The notes: generated from the sequence alone by a model not told the origin. Numbered from the stretch's first letter, positions 21,501 through 30,861 are shown. The stretch is 64,000 nt of DNA from Gammaproteobacteria bacterium Ga0074134 (GCA_001464965.1 LNEJ01000059.1:5-64004), one strand, 5' to 3'. Made by a program: numbers and translations.

Positions 21501-21555
21501 CCAGCATCATCAGCAGACGCTGGGTGAGCGCGAATTGGATCAGGCGTGACAGCAT
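18502..21555 (-). CDS. czcA: CusA/CzcA-family heavy-metal RND permease
   Basis: Motifs LPIDAFPDVS, NLMSLGGLAIAIGMLVDAAVVVVEN and RLRPVMMTA. The metal specificity is unknown. Confidence 0.9.
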   Translation of the reverse strand: MLSRLIQFALTQRLLMMLVVALLAGGGTLAFKNLPIDAFPDVSSTQVKIIIKAPGMTPEEVEARITAPIEVEMLGIPNQTMLRSVTKYALTDVTVDFVDGTDIYWARQQVTERLNAVRGDLPPGIGGGIAPLTTPLGEMFMFTIEGGGLTLMERRSLLDWVIRPALRTVPGVADVNVLGGLARAFEVAPDNVRMTARGVTLQMLQQALEMNNRNDGAGRVNDGEEALLVRAEGRIRNLDDARAIVVKNDHGVPVRVADIAEVRIGALTRYGAVTRNGQGEAVQGLVLGLRGANARQVVAGVRAKLDEIKPSLPPGVSLQVFYDRGHLVERAVTTVAEALLEAIALVLVLLVLFLGNLRAAVTVALVLPLAALVTFILMSLFGMSANLMSLGGLAIAIGMLVDAAVVVVENSVAHLAHEQAARLPRLHVIYRSVREVAVPVTAGILIIITVFLPLLTLQGLEGKLFSPVALTIVFALSASLLLSLTVIPVIASFLLKITGHGDPWLVRILTRLYTPLLNWSLRHTRTVVAIALVALALTAAAYTQIGKTFMPTMDEGDIIIGVEKLPSITLEQSAALDLKIQQEIMKRVPEVTSIVARVGSDEIGLDPMGLNQTDTFLVLKPREQWRMKSKETLIEELRKVMDGIPGLVYNFTQPIEMRVSEMIIGVRGDLAIKLFGTDIDTLNKKAEEIATAVRSIKGSQDVYTTRNAGMQFLKIDIDRLAAGRLGLSVDELENTLRAQLEGNRVGTIHEGMRRTPLILRTGMGSPATFANLLITLPDGHNVPLASVAKLTRVEGPVKVDRQRAARMVVVIANVQGRDLVGFVEEARRVVAQRVPLPNGYHLEWGGQFENQQRAAARLSIVVPVAIGLIFLLLFSTFGSVRQSILVLSNIPFAMIGGVFALWLSGEYLSVPASVGFIALLGIAVLNGVVLVSHFNQLRARGMALAQVVVEGAKRRLRPVMMTASTTAFGLAPLLFATGPGSEIQRPLAIVVIGGLITSTLLTLVLLPILYRRFGESR

Positions 21556-22667
21556 CACTCGTGCCCTCCGCCGCCTAATCCCGTCCACGCGCCTTTCACC
21601 GCCGCCACGCCGCGCACCGCGACGCGCTCATCGCCACGCAGCTCGCCCGCAATCACGCTATGGCCATTCTGTTCGCTGACGATCTGTACGGGCTGGGCGC
21701 GGAAGCCCTGTGCGGTCTGCACGAAAATCACACTCTGCTTCGCGCCGCGCGCCACGGCTGCGACAGGCACACTATAACGCGGCCCAGCGGCGGGGGCTGA
21801 CAACTGCGCCTCGATGAACTGACCCGGCCGCAGTCTATCAGTGCCGCGCGTGATCTCGGCGCGCAGCAGCACGGTCTGGTTTTCGGGATCCACGTCACGC
21901 CCGATCATGATCAGGCGGCCCGATGCCGCTGCGGCGGGTACCTCTACCCTCTGTCCAACGTTCAGTCCGTTTACCCGCTCCTGCGGTACGCGCAGTTCCA
22001 GCCACAGCGCATCCAGCCGTGCCATGCGGTAGAGCGGTTCGAGGCGGTCTACACGCTGACCTGCTACCACTTTTTGCTCCAGCACGATCCCGGCGATGGG
22101 CGCTGTTATTGTGAGCGTACCGCTCAATGCGCGTGTCTGCTCCAGCCTGCGCAACGCGGCTTCATCCATCCCTGCCAGACGCAAGGTTTGACGATGCTCA
22201 TTGAGTGCCGACGCCAATTCCTCGTGGCGGCTCCTGGTGGTCAGATAGCGGCGCTCGGCGATGATGCCGTCCTTGAACAACTGCTCGTCGCGCGCCAGCT
22301 CGGATTGCGCCAGCCGCACTTGGGTCAGCGCCTGGAGATAGCTGCCTTGTTCAGTGACAAGCTCCGTGCTGCGGAGGGTGGCAAGCGCTTGCCCCTTGCT
22401 TACCTTGTCACCCACAGCGGCCAGCAGCGCCTCCACCAGTCCGCTTTGGGAAGCGCTGACCACGCGCTCCTGTGCTGGCGGAATCACCACACGCGCCGGG
22501 AAACGGCTGCTCAACACCATCGGTGCCGGTTCCATCTGCGCAACCACGATGCCCAGCGTCTTGAGTTGGACGGGCGTGAAACGGATGTCGTCAGCGGCTC
22601 GCGCCGCAGGAAAGACCACGGTAATGGCGAGCAGGCAGGCCAGATGACGGGCAGTTATTTTTCTCAT
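21555..22667 (-). CDS. czcB: RND periplasmic adaptor (CzcB-like membrane fusion protein)
   Basis: Signal peptide, ITAPIAG and LRPGQF; TGATG coupling to czcA. Confidence 0.87.
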   Translation of the reverse strand: MRKITARHLACLLAITVVFPAARAADDIRFTPVQLKTLGIVVAQMEPAPMVLSSRFPARVVIPPAQERVVSASQSGLVEALLAAVGDKVSKGQALATLRSTELVTEQGSYLQALTQVRLAQSELARDEQLFKDGIIAERRYLTTRSRHEELASALNEHRQTLRLAGMDEAALRRLEQTRALSGTLTITAPIAGIVLEQKVVAGQRVDRLEPLYRMARLDALWLELRVPQERVNGLNVGQRVEVPAAAASGRLIMIGRDVDPENQTVLLRAEITRGTDRLRPGQFIEAQLSAPAAGPRYSVPVAAVARGAKQSVIFVQTAQGFRAQPVQIVSEQNGHSVIAGELRGDERVAVRGVAAVKGAWTGLGGGGHE

Positions 22668-23935
22668 GGTATTTCTCCAGCGGCTTGGTTATAGCGCGCG
22701 ATATTTCTTTGTAATTGCAGTCCAAGCTGCTGTTCGGCGCGTTCTGCGGCAAACGCCAGGGTCTGTACACGCAGCAGGGTCACCAGATCAATCTCTCCGA
22801 TGGCGAAGGCCTTTTTCATCAGGCGCAGGTTTTCCTGCGCTAGGCGATTTTGCTCAACGGCCAGATCAAACTCGGCGCGCGCCAGCGCCAGTCTGTGCTC
22901 CGCTTCATCCAAAGCCAGATCCAGTTCGCGTTTGAGCGCATCGCGCGTACTCTGCGCCTCGGCCTGGGCCACCACCGACGCGGCCAGCCGGGGACCAGCA
23001 TGTGCCGTGCTGTGCAGGGGCAGGGTCAGGGCGATGCCGACGCTATCGTTAATCTCGCTGCGGCGCGTTGACTTCTCATGGCGGGCACCCAGAGTAAGCA
23101 CGGGATTGCCGCGCCGCTCCTGCCTGGCCAGTTGAGTCTCGGCGGCGGCCTGCGCCACGCGGCTTTGACCGTCGGCAAGCAGGGGGTGATCGTCAGTGAC
23201 GGCGATTTGCGTTGACGGGGCCTCGTTACGCACCGCCGGCAGTGCTTCAATGCCTGTCAACATTTCATAACGGTGCAGTGCGTGCTTGAGTTCGGTATGG
23301 GCACGCAGGTATTGCGCCTGGCGGCGCAGTGTTTCGTCCTGCGCCAGCAGCAGATCGACCCTGGCCAGTTCGCCTGCCGTCATGCGCTTGCGCACATCCT
23401 GCTCCAGGGCCTGTGCAGCACGCCATTGCTGCTCCGCCAGCACCAGATCGTTTTCCATCAGGGCCACATCCCACAGACGCTCGCGTACCTGCCCGGCCAC
23501 CTCCAGCCGCAGGGCGTGCTCCAATGCCTTCAGCCCCATACCCGCTTGATCGGCGGCCGCTCTTCTCGCCTGTTTCTGTCCGAGCAGCCACAGCGGCATC
23601 TGAACGCCGCCCTCCCATTCGGTCAGCCCATCACGGCTGCCGATCTGATCGCTCTGGTGGCGCAGCACCAGCGCCGTGGGACCTGCCAGCGGGTTGCCCG
23701 CCTGGCGGCGCAGTGCATCCACCTGCTCCCCACGCGGCGCGATTACCTGCTGGCGCGGATAACGCTCAAAGGCTTGCAGAGTCACGTCATGCAATGTCAG
23801 GCTCGGGTCTACCGGCACACGGATGGCATCTTCGGCAGGAGGCGCCGCCAGGGCATGGCCCGTCAGGCAGATCCAAAGCGCCATACCCCAGATATGGAAA
23901 GACGGCGCCGCACCCCGCAAGGGCATCAGTCGCAT
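22664..23935 (-). CDS. czcC: TolC-family outer membrane efflux protein (CzcC-like)
   Basis: Signal peptide, helical repeats GELARVDLL and GEIDLVTLL; operon position. Confidence 0.85.
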   Translation of the reverse strand: MRLMPLRGAAPSFHIWGMALWICLTGHALAAPPAEDAIRVPVDPSLTLHDVTLQAFERYPRQQVIAPRGEQVDALRRQAGNPLAGPTALVLRHQSDQIGSRDGLTEWEGGVQMPLWLLGQKQARRAAADQAGMGLKALEHALRLEVAGQVRERLWDVALMENDLVLAEQQWRAAQALEQDVRKRMTAGELARVDLLLAQDETLRRQAQYLRAHTELKHALHRYEMLTGIEALPAVRNEAPSTQIAVTDDHPLLADGQSRVAQAAAETQLARQERRGNPVLTLGARHEKSTRRSEINDSVGIALTLPLHSTAHAGPRLAASVVAQAEAQSTRDALKRELDLALDEAEHRLALARAEFDLAVEQNRLAQENLRLMKKAFAIGEIDLVTLLRVQTLAFAAERAEQQLGLQLQRNIARYNQAAGEIP

Positions 23936-24026
23936 AAAATCTCCGCATTAATGAAATGAATTACCGCCACCGTAAGGAACGGCAGCACACCATCAGCAGG
24001 ATATCCTGCCAGAGGTTAAAGCAGGC

Positions 24027-24058
24027 TTAAACCTAAAAACCGAAGTTTTTAGGTTTAA
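24027..24058 (-). promoter_or_regulatory. Perfect 14-bp stem with C(UUCG)G tetraloop overlapping the leader ORF stop; candidate attenuator
   Basis: Minus strand TTAAACCTAAAAAC-TTCG-GTTTTTAGGTTTAA. Confidence 0.7.
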
Positions 24059-24488
24059 TGAACGGGGGAGCGCGCGGCGCGCAAGGGGAGGTGTGAGGGC
24101 AGGGCTGGCATGACGGGACACTATTCAGCGCAAGGTGTTGCAACACCATCGGGGCCGGAAACACCGGGATGGAGGGAGGGGCACCCGCGGGCGGGCTCTT
24201 CTTGGCCTTGAAAGGCGGAACCTCAGCCAGACCGCCTTCGATGCCGATGGGCATTCCAACGGCGGCAGGCACTGTGTCAATGGCTGAGGCATCATCCGCG
24301 CCGGCGCTGGCGCCATAATCAACGCCACCCTTTTTCAGATGGACAGGCAGCACATGGATATGCACCCCCATCACGGCGGCCGGACCAGCGCCGTCATCAC
24401 CGCCCACATGCGCATGGACCAACGGGGCCATCACCTGGAGTACCACGATCCAAAAAATCAGAAACAAATCGCTACAGCGTTTCAACAT
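24033..24488 (-). CDS. DUF2946/CzcI-like leader protein with His motifs, CxxC and a near-C-terminal RAPP
   Basis: Hydrophobic N-terminus ending APLVHAH, GVHIH, a Pro-rich linker, CQPC, then PRAPP. Co-oriented and about 100 bp upstream of czcC. Confidence 0.75.
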   Translation of the reverse strand: MLKRCSDLFLIFWIVVLQVMAPLVHAHVGGDDGAGPAAVMGVHIHVLPVHLKKGGVDYGASAGADDASAIDTVPAAVGMPIGIEGGLAEVPPFKAKKSPPAGAPPSIPVFPAPMVLQHLALNSVPSCQPCPHTSPCAPRAPPFIKPKNFGF

Positions 24489-24913
24489 TGAATGCCTATC
24501 GCCTGGATGCCTCGGAACACAACGGATGCTTCATACTGTAACATAGCCGCCGGATTTCAACCCAAATAATCCATTAGCCGAATTGGGTCATTCTGTGTAG
24601 GATGGTCAACCGCGATTCCTAAATAGTTTCTACGCCACGGAAGCGGCGCTGGGCTTTGCCATGCTGGCCCACAACCATTTCGACAGGCCGCGATGCGCGC
24701 CAAGATTCAACCGGCGCTGGAAACATTATACCAACAGGTGTTAGCGACCGGTGCATTCTGGCATCGTAACCCGAAACAGAGCCAATTGTTGCTCGCCGTC
24801 TCGCGACGACGAAGGGCGTGGTTCGACGGGTTATGGGCAAACGCCGGTTATCCCCATTGAGACGAAAATCGGCTAATGGATTATTTGGGTTAAATATAAC
24901 GGTCGGGAGTAAT

Positions 24914-25516
24914 ATGAATAAAAATAAAATCATTTCATCTATCACGTTGTTGGCGGCCGGAGTGCTGGGCGTAACCGGGTCTGAAGCGAAGGAGTATCGT
25001 TGTAATCTGGTGAGTGGCAGTGTGATTTTGGTGCCTGATGCCGGGTGTGATATCAAAAAAGCTTACCCAGGTTTTGCCTACGTTGGGTTGCCGGGCACCT
25101 GTTTCTCAGCGAGTATGACGATGGGGAAACAGAAGTTTTCCGGTGTTGCGGGGTTGACAACTGAGGCGGTGACTCATCCCTTGGAAGGTTCGCAATCGCA
25201 GCGTGGCACTCCGGCAATGCTGAAGGAGGAGAGCCTTCCTGCGGTTACGAATGAGTTTGGTTTTGTTGAGTCGCGGCGGCTTTTTACTGGAAGAACTGCG
25301 TTATCCCTTGCTGGCGGGAAAGTCTATACGGCTGATGCCGGTGTTGCTGCAGGGGCTTCTTCCACTGAGCAAATGTTGATCACAGGTGGTAGTGGTGTCT
25401 ATGAGGGTGCAACGGGCACTATCTATGCGAGCGGTGATCTTGTTGGGAAAGGAGGCGAGTATTTTGGTAAAATCTGTACGCCTGTTTCGCCATCAGCCCG
25501 AAGGGGCGATGGTTGA
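24914..25516 (+). CDS. Secreted hypothetical protein, possible allene-oxide-cyclase/dirigent-like barrel
   Basis: Signal peptide MNKNK...SEA; four Cys; C-terminal LITGGSGVYEGATGTI; T-rich codon use. Confidence 0.65.
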   Translation: MNKNKIISSITLLAAGVLGVTGSEAKEYRCNLVSGSVILVPDAGCDIKKAYPGFAYVGLPGTCFSASMTMGKQKFSGVAGLTTEAVTHPLEGSQSQRGTPAMLKEESLPAVTNEFGFVESRRLFTGRTALSLAGGKVYTADAGVAAGASSTEQMLITGGSGVYEGATGTIYASGDLVGKGGEYFGKICTPVSPSARRGDG

Positions 25517-25530
25517 AGTCTGACTGACAA

Positions 25531-25559
25531 TGAAAAGGCCGCTGTTTGCGGCCTTTTCA
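25531..25559 (+). terminator. Intrinsic terminator
   Basis: TGAAAAGGCCGC-TGTTT-GCGGCCTTTTCA. Confidence 0.85.
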
Positions 25560-25770
25560 CATTTTCGGCATGGTATGCGATTTAAAGCCCATGAGAAACC
25601 GAATTAATGTCATTTTGTGCGGCTAAAATGTGGTTTTAACTGTGCTTCCAATAGATGTAAATGTAAACCATGGTTTTTATTTTGCAAGTCTGGGCATCAA
25701 GCGTCCTGCGAGTTTCTCCAGGACGGCATTTTGGCATTTTTAACTCCTTTTCATTCCGTCGGTTATCGCT

Positions 25771-27138
25771 ATGAGTCTTAACGTCATTATTCTCGCGGCA
25801 GGTGCGGGGACGCGGATGCGTTCCAAATTGCCCAAGGTGTTGCATGAAGTGGGTGGCAAGCCCATGCTGGAGCATGTGGTGGATGCCGCACGGCAACTCG
25901 ATGCGCGGCGTATCCAGGTAGTGTACGGCCATGGCGGCGAGGCGGTGCGCTCAGCGCTTGCCCATCTGGAGGTGGTCTGGGTGGAACAGGGCGAACAGCT
26001 CGGTACCGGCCACGCGGTAGCTCAGACGCTGCCTCATATGGGGGCGGGCGATACGGTGCTGGTGCTGTATGGCGATGTGCCGTTGATCAGCGCCGGGACG
26101 CTGCAGCAGGTGGTCGCTGTCGCGCAACAGGATAGTCTGGGCCTGTTGACGGTGCGGCTGGATGATCCGCGTGGCTACGGCAGGATTGTGCGTGATGGTC
26201 AGGGTAGCGTGGTGCGCATTGTCGAGGAGAAGGACGCCAGCGCAGAAGAGCGCGCCATTGCCGAGATCAATACAGGGATGCTGGCAGTTTCGGGCGAGAG
26301 GCTCCAGAAATGGCTGGCGGTTCTCGACAACAACAACGCCCAGGGTGAATATTACCTCACCGATATCATCGCCATGGCGGTGCGCGATGGCGTGAAGGTC
26401 AGTACCGTTGCGCCACTCTGGGTGGCCGAGGTCATGGGGGTCAACAACCGGATGCAACTGGCGGAGGTGGAGCGCCATTACCAGCGTGCCCAGGCTGAAC
26501 GCTTGATGCTTGCTGGCATCACTTTGCGTGATCCGGCGCGCTTTGATGTGCGCGGTGAGCTGAGCGCGGGCAGTGATGTGACGATTGATGTGAATGTGGT
26601 GATAGAAGGCAAGGTGGTGCTGGGCAACGGCGTGCGGATCGGGCCGAATGTGATGCTGCGCAATGCCACCATCGGGGATGATGTGGAGATTCTGGCGCAG
26701 TGCGTGATCGAGGACGCCGTGATTGGCGCACACTGTCGCATTGGGCCGTTTGCCCGCATCCGCCCTGAGACGCGCCTGGCCTCCGATGTGCATATCGGCA
26801 ATTTTGTCGAGATCAAAAAGTCGGAGATCGGCCAGGGCTCCAAGATCAATCATCTGAGCTATGTGGGCGATGCCACAGTGGGTGGCAACGTGAATATCGG
26901 CGCGGGCACGATTACCTGTAATTACGATGGCGCGAACAAACATCGCACCATCATCGGCAATGATGTGTTTGTCGGCTCCAGTACCCAGCTTGTTGCGCCA
27001 GTGACGGTGGGTGACGGTGCGACGATAGGCGCAGGCTCCACCATCACCCGCGATGCCCCACCGGGTGAGTTGACGCTGAGCCGTGCGCCGCAACAAACAC
27101 GCCTTGGGTGGAAACGCCCCGTAAAAAAGAAAAAATAG
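25771..27138 (+). CDS. glmU: Bifunctional UDP-GlcNAc pyrophosphorylase / glucosamine-1-phosphate acetyltransferase
   Basis: LAAGAGTRM, hexapeptide repeats and NYDGANKH. Confidence 0.97.
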   Translation: MSLNVIILAAGAGTRMRSKLPKVLHEVGGKPMLEHVVDAARQLDARRIQVVYGHGGEAVRSALAHLEVVWVEQGEQLGTGHAVAQTLPHMGAGDTVLVLYGDVPLISAGTLQQVVAVAQQDSLGLLTVRLDDPRGYGRIVRDGQGSVVRIVEEKDASAEERAIAEINTGMLAVSGERLQKWLAVLDNNNAQGEYYLTDIIAMAVRDGVKVSTVAPLWVAEVMGVNNRMQLAEVERHYQRAQAERLMLAGITLRDPARFDVRGELSAGSDVTIDVNVVIEGKVVLGNGVRIGPNVMLRNATIGDDVEILAQCVIEDAVIGAHCRIGPFARIRPETRLASDVHIGNFVEIKKSEIGQGSKINHLSYVGDATVGGNVNIGAGTITCNYDGANKHRTIIGNDVFVGSSTQLVAPVTVGDGATIGAGSTITRDAPPGELTLSRAPQQTRLGWKRPVKKKK

Positions 27139-27149
27139 GAGATTAGATC

Positions 27150-28976
27150 ATGTGTGGCATTATCGGCGCGGTTGCGCAGCGTAACGTTGTTCCCATCCTG
27201 ATTGAGGGCCTGAGCCGCCTGGAATACCGCGGCTATGATTCGGCGGGTGTGGCGGTGCTTAACGGCGGCATCAAGCGCGTCCGCGCAGTGGGCCGCGTTG
27301 CCGGCATGCAAGCCAAGGCGGCGGAGGAAGGCCTGCACGGCTTGGTAGGTATCGGACATACCCGCTGGGCGACTCACGGCGGTGTCACTGAGTACAACGC
27401 CCATCCGCACATCTCCCGCGGCGAGATTGCGGTGGTGCATAACGGCATCATCGAAAATCACGACGAGCGTCGCGCGCATCTCCAGTCCTTGGGTTATGTC
27501 TTTGAGTCGCAGACCGATACCGAGGTAATCGCGCACCTCATTCATCACCATTATGCGCAATGCGGCGATTTGTTTGCCGCCACGCAGCATGCCGTGGCTG
27601 AGCTGGTCGGTGCTTTTGCGATTGGCGCGATGGCCCTCAAGTCGCCGGAAATCATCACATGCGCGCGCGTGGGCTGCCCGCTGCTGATAGGGTTGGGCGA
27701 AGGCGAGAACTTTATTGCATCCGATGTCTCCGCCGTGCTCTCAAGCACGCGCCGCGTGATTTACCTTGAGGAAGGTGATGTCGCCGAATTGGGGCGCGAT
27801 CATGTGACCATCGTTGACCGGTCGGGTGCGCGGGTCGAGCGCGCGGTGCATGTCAGCGATGTCTCGCTCGCCTCGATGGAGCTGGGGCCTTACAGCCATT
27901 TCATGCAGAAGGAGATCCATGAGCAGCCGCGCGCGCTCACCGACACCATCGAGCCCGTCATAGGCGAAGGTTTCAATCCCTTGTTGTTCGGCGCCCAAGC
28001 CGAGGCGATTTTCAAGGACATCAACAGCATCCTGATTCTTGCGGCGGGCACCAGCTACTATGCGGGACTCACCGCCAAGTATTGGATCGAAGCCATTGCC
28101 AAGCTACCGGTGGCGGTGGAAATCGCCAGCGAATATCGTTACCGCGAGTCGGTGCCGAACCCGAAGCAGCTCATTATCACCATCTCCCAGTCCGGTGAAA
28201 CACTGGATACGATGGAGGCCTTGAAGCATGCCAAGGCTTTGGGGCAGAACAAGACACTGGCCATCTGTAACGTGCCGGAAAGTGCCATCCCGCGTGCCTC
28301 CAGCCTGGTGTTTTACACGCGCGCCGGTGCGGAGATCGGCGTGGCGTCCACCAAGGCCTTTACCACGCAGCTCGCCGCATTGTTTGCGCTGGCGGTCACG
28401 CTTGCCAATACCCGTGGTCTGCTGACGCCGGAGAAGGATGCGGAATATCGCGACTCGTTGCGCCACCTGCCCGGCAGTGTGCAGCATGCGTTGAACCTGG
28501 AGCCTCAGGTTGCCGAGTGGGCCAAGGCGTTTGCGCACAAGCATCATGCGCTTTTCCTTGGGCGTGGCATCCATTATCCCATCGGCCTGGAAGGCGCGTT
28601 AAAGCTCAAGGAAATCTCCTATATCCACGCCGAGGCCTATCCCGCAGGTGAGCTGAAACACGGCCCACTGGCGCTGGTGGATAGCGACATGCCGGTGGTT
28701 GTCATTGCCCCCAACGACGCGCTGCTCGAAAAGGTGAAATCCAATATGCAGGAAGTCCGCGCGCGTGGCGGCGAACTTTTTGTCTTCGCCGATCTGGACA
28801 GCCATTTTGCGGAAAGCGAAGGCGTTCACGTCATCCGCACGCCACGCCACGTCGGCATGCTCTCGCCTATCGTCCATGCCATCCCGGTACAAATGCTCGC
28901 CTATCATGCCGCTTTACAGAAAGGCACCGATGTCGACAAGCCGCGCAATCTGGCAAAGTCGGTGACGGTGGAGTAG
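27150..28976 (+). CDS. glmS: Glutamine--fructose-6-phosphate transaminase
   Basis: [15 protein letters not shown] and the C-terminal [11 protein letters not shown]. Confidence 0.98.
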   Translation: MCGIIGAVAQRNVVPILIEGLSRLEYRGYDSAGVAVLNGGIKRVRAVGRVAGMQAKAAEEGLHGLVGIGHTRWATHGGVTEYNAHPHISRGEIAVVHNGIIENHDERRAHLQSLGYVFESQTDTEVIAHLIHHHYAQCGDLFAATQHAVAELVGAFAIGAMALKSPEIITCARVGCPLLIGLGEGENFIASDVSAVLSSTRRVIYLEEGDVAELGRDHVTIVDRSGARVERAVHVSDVSLASMELGPYSHFMQKEIHEQPRALTDTIEPVIGEGFNPLLFGAQAEAIFKDINSILILAAGTSYYAGLTAKYWIEAIAKLPVAVEIASEYRYRESVPNPKQLIITISQSGETLDTMEALKHAKALGQNKTLAICNVPESAIPRASSLVFYTRAGAEIGVASTKAFTTQLAALFALAVTLANTRGLLTPEKDAEYRDSLRHLPGSVQHALNLEPQVAEWAKAFAHKHHALFLGRGIHYPIGLEGALKLKEISYIHAEAYPAGELKHGPLALVDSDMPVVVIAPNDALLEKVKSNMQEVRARGGELFVFADLDSHFAESEGVHVIRTPRHVGMLSPIVHAIPVQMLAYHAALQKGTDVDKPRNLAKSVTVE

Positions 28977-29132
28977 CGATTGGCTCATGGGATTCTTGGC
29001 ATGGAAGCCATGGAATATGTTACGGCTTTTTATAGCAGAGCCTCTGCTTCCGACCCGCTGTAGCCAGCCGGTTTAGTAAATAGAGGTCGTTCGACGTGCG
29101 CCAATGCAAAGCGGTGCGCTGCTCTACGTTAT

Positions 29133-29546
29133 TTATTTGCCACAAGGCAAATAACGCCCGCGTGATTCTCCATCCGCCCGTCCAATAATGCCAAGATGGG
29201 TGACATTGAATCCTTCTGGGTACTTCAGGCCGTAACCCAACAATCTATCCGCGCCGATGTGGACGAACCAAATAAGCGCCAAGGCCATAAACAAGGTGTT
29301 GCCCGTTGTGGCAGCAACAACAGCTAATGCGCTAGGCAACAACTTTGAATGCGTGACGTTATATGCCCTTGCTCCAACCTTGGCATTAACGAGATACCCA
29401 AGAAGCGCCAAATCCGGAAGAAATACGGTTGACCAAAACAGTGGCCAGCTAAACGACTGCTGCCAATAGACAACGAGAGCCAAGAGAAAAACAGCAAAGC
29501 CTTCGAGCTTTAGCAGGATGTTCGGTTTCTCGAATACCGGAAGCAT
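29133..29546 (-). CDS. DUF4260-family membrane protein
   Basis: Motifs LLKLEG, PDLALLGY, YNVTH, HIGADRLLGYGLKY and THLG. Confidence 0.85.
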   Translation of the reverse strand: MLPVFEKPNILLKLEGFAVFLLALVVYWQQSFSWPLFWSTVFLPDLALLGYLVNAKVGARAYNVTHSKLLPSALAVVAATTGNTLFMALALIWFVHIGADRLLGYGLKYPEGFNVTHLGIIGRADGESRGRYLPCGK

Positions 29547-29656
29547 GAATTAGGTCCTCTTTTAAACGTATAACATTGATTATTGTATAATTATTGTGGA
29601 TTCAACTATAGAGAAAAATGCCAAATCTGATTTTGTTTACAGCCGCAACGTGTGAG

Positions 29657-30508
29657 TTAGACGCCACTTGCGACCTTGGCCTGCATGAGTGCATCCATCT
29701 CGCGCAGTCGCACGGCCTTGATGACAAGGCCAAGGTTGTTGGGAATAGTGGAAACTGCAACCGCGCGTTGCTGCGTTGGGACGTTGACGATCCGAACTTC
29801 ACCGGTCGCTGTGTGTTGGGGGCCTGCATAGAGAAGCCCCAAGAGCTTCACCCTGGTGCCGCCCATCATCATATTTCCCTTGCGGTCAGTCCACCCCGAA
29901 GCGTTGTAAAGGAAAACAGGCGAGCCGCTTGAGCCCGGGAAACACGCGGCGTCAATGAGAAATTCCTTGCGACCTTCGTAGTCAATGTTCGGGTGAGTGG
30001 CGGTGATTCCCCTGCGAAGAATCGGCATGTTGTTGGTTTTATCCCAGATCCCATTTGGATAGCCAATCATGAGAATGTCTTCAAGTGCCGAGAGATCTTC
30101 CAATTCGGCGTCGGTAGGGAGGGTCGATTCGTCGAGCGTGATGAAGAAGAAAGTCTTGCCCGCAGCGGCGGCTTCCGCAATTAGCGGTGCGATCGGCATG
30201 ATACACAGATCGACTTGTGGGTCGGGATGTGGAATCCAACGATCTTCGAAGCGATCGAGCTCCAGCGTGATGTGCTGTCCGATCATTGGCCCGCCGTCCG
30301 GTGCTCGCAGGGTCAGACTGAACTGACCTTTCACTGCGCCCTCGATCACGTGCTTGTTGGTAACAATGGCTGGCACGTTTTGAGTGGGACTTTTTACAAA
30401 GGCGAAAAAGAACCCCGAACCGGTTGAGGACGTACCGTCGGCGAGTTGGCAGACCATGCGAACGGTGCTGTGAGTGAGTTGCTCAGATGGGAGCAGATTC
30501 AACGGCAT
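29657..30508 (-). CDS. Standalone trypsin-like serine protease with no signal peptide
   Basis: TGSGFF, TNKHV (His), DLCI (Asp), IGYP and PGSSGSPV (Ser). Confidence 0.87.
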   Translation of the reverse strand: MPLNLLPSEQLTHSTVRMVCQLADGTSSTGSGFFFAFVKSPTQNVPAIVTNKHVIEGAVKGQFSLTLRAPDGGPMIGQHITLELDRFEDRWIPHPDPQVDLCIMPIAPLIAEAAAAGKTFFFITLDESTLPTDAELEDLSALEDILMIGYPNGIWDKTNNMPILRRGITATHPNIDYEGRKEFLIDAACFPGSSGSPVFLYNASGWTDRKGNMMMGGTRVKLLGLLYAGPQHTATGEVRIVNVPTQQRAVAVSTIPNNLGLVIKAVRLREMDALMQAKVASGV

Positions 30509-30861
30509 TTCGAACCCCTAGTCACGAGCCATGGCATCTACAGTAATAGCAGGGGGCCAGCACCCGGACATTCTTTAATAACACGGACGCCCATAATGCC
30601 ACCGTAATTGGTTGATGAGCAATGGAATCGGTGCCCCTGCATCAGTATATTAACACCAATAGTGCTGACAGTACCGGCATGCCGCCGCGGCTATGTGTAC
30701 GCCCCCGCCTACTCGATCTGGTCTCCATCGCTTGTCCGAGGTCAGAGCCTCTCTGAGCCAGTCTGTCGACGACGATTTTAAAGTGATATACAACAGGCCT
30801 TGGCTTCACATCCCGTGAAATAAGTATACTTAAACGATGGTCGGCTTCAGCGTTTTCATGG

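Noticed and set aside
24780-24900. c-di-GMP-I riboswitch suggested by GGGCAAAC...GACGAAAA
   Set aside because: No GNRA-capped P2 hairpin between the motifs and no recognisable P3.
27150-28976. Impression that glmS, dgkA and rsgA look betaproteobacterial in a gammaproteobacterial context
   Set aside because: Based only on memory of sequence style. It needs gene trees, which I cannot run.
28976-29060. Tn7-like element at attTn7 downstream of glmS
   Set aside because: No TGT-initiated end about 25 bp past the stop, no repeated TnsB-like sites and no tns genes. The site appears empty.
29568-29662. Complete attC site
   Set aside because: R''- and R'-like boxes are present, but the L boxes and interior are not complementary. 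Reported only as a possible relic.
29036-30752. CAGAGCCTCT 10-bp direct repeat flanking the two accessory genes
   Set aside because: Short, partly palindromic and without other element features; compatible with chance.
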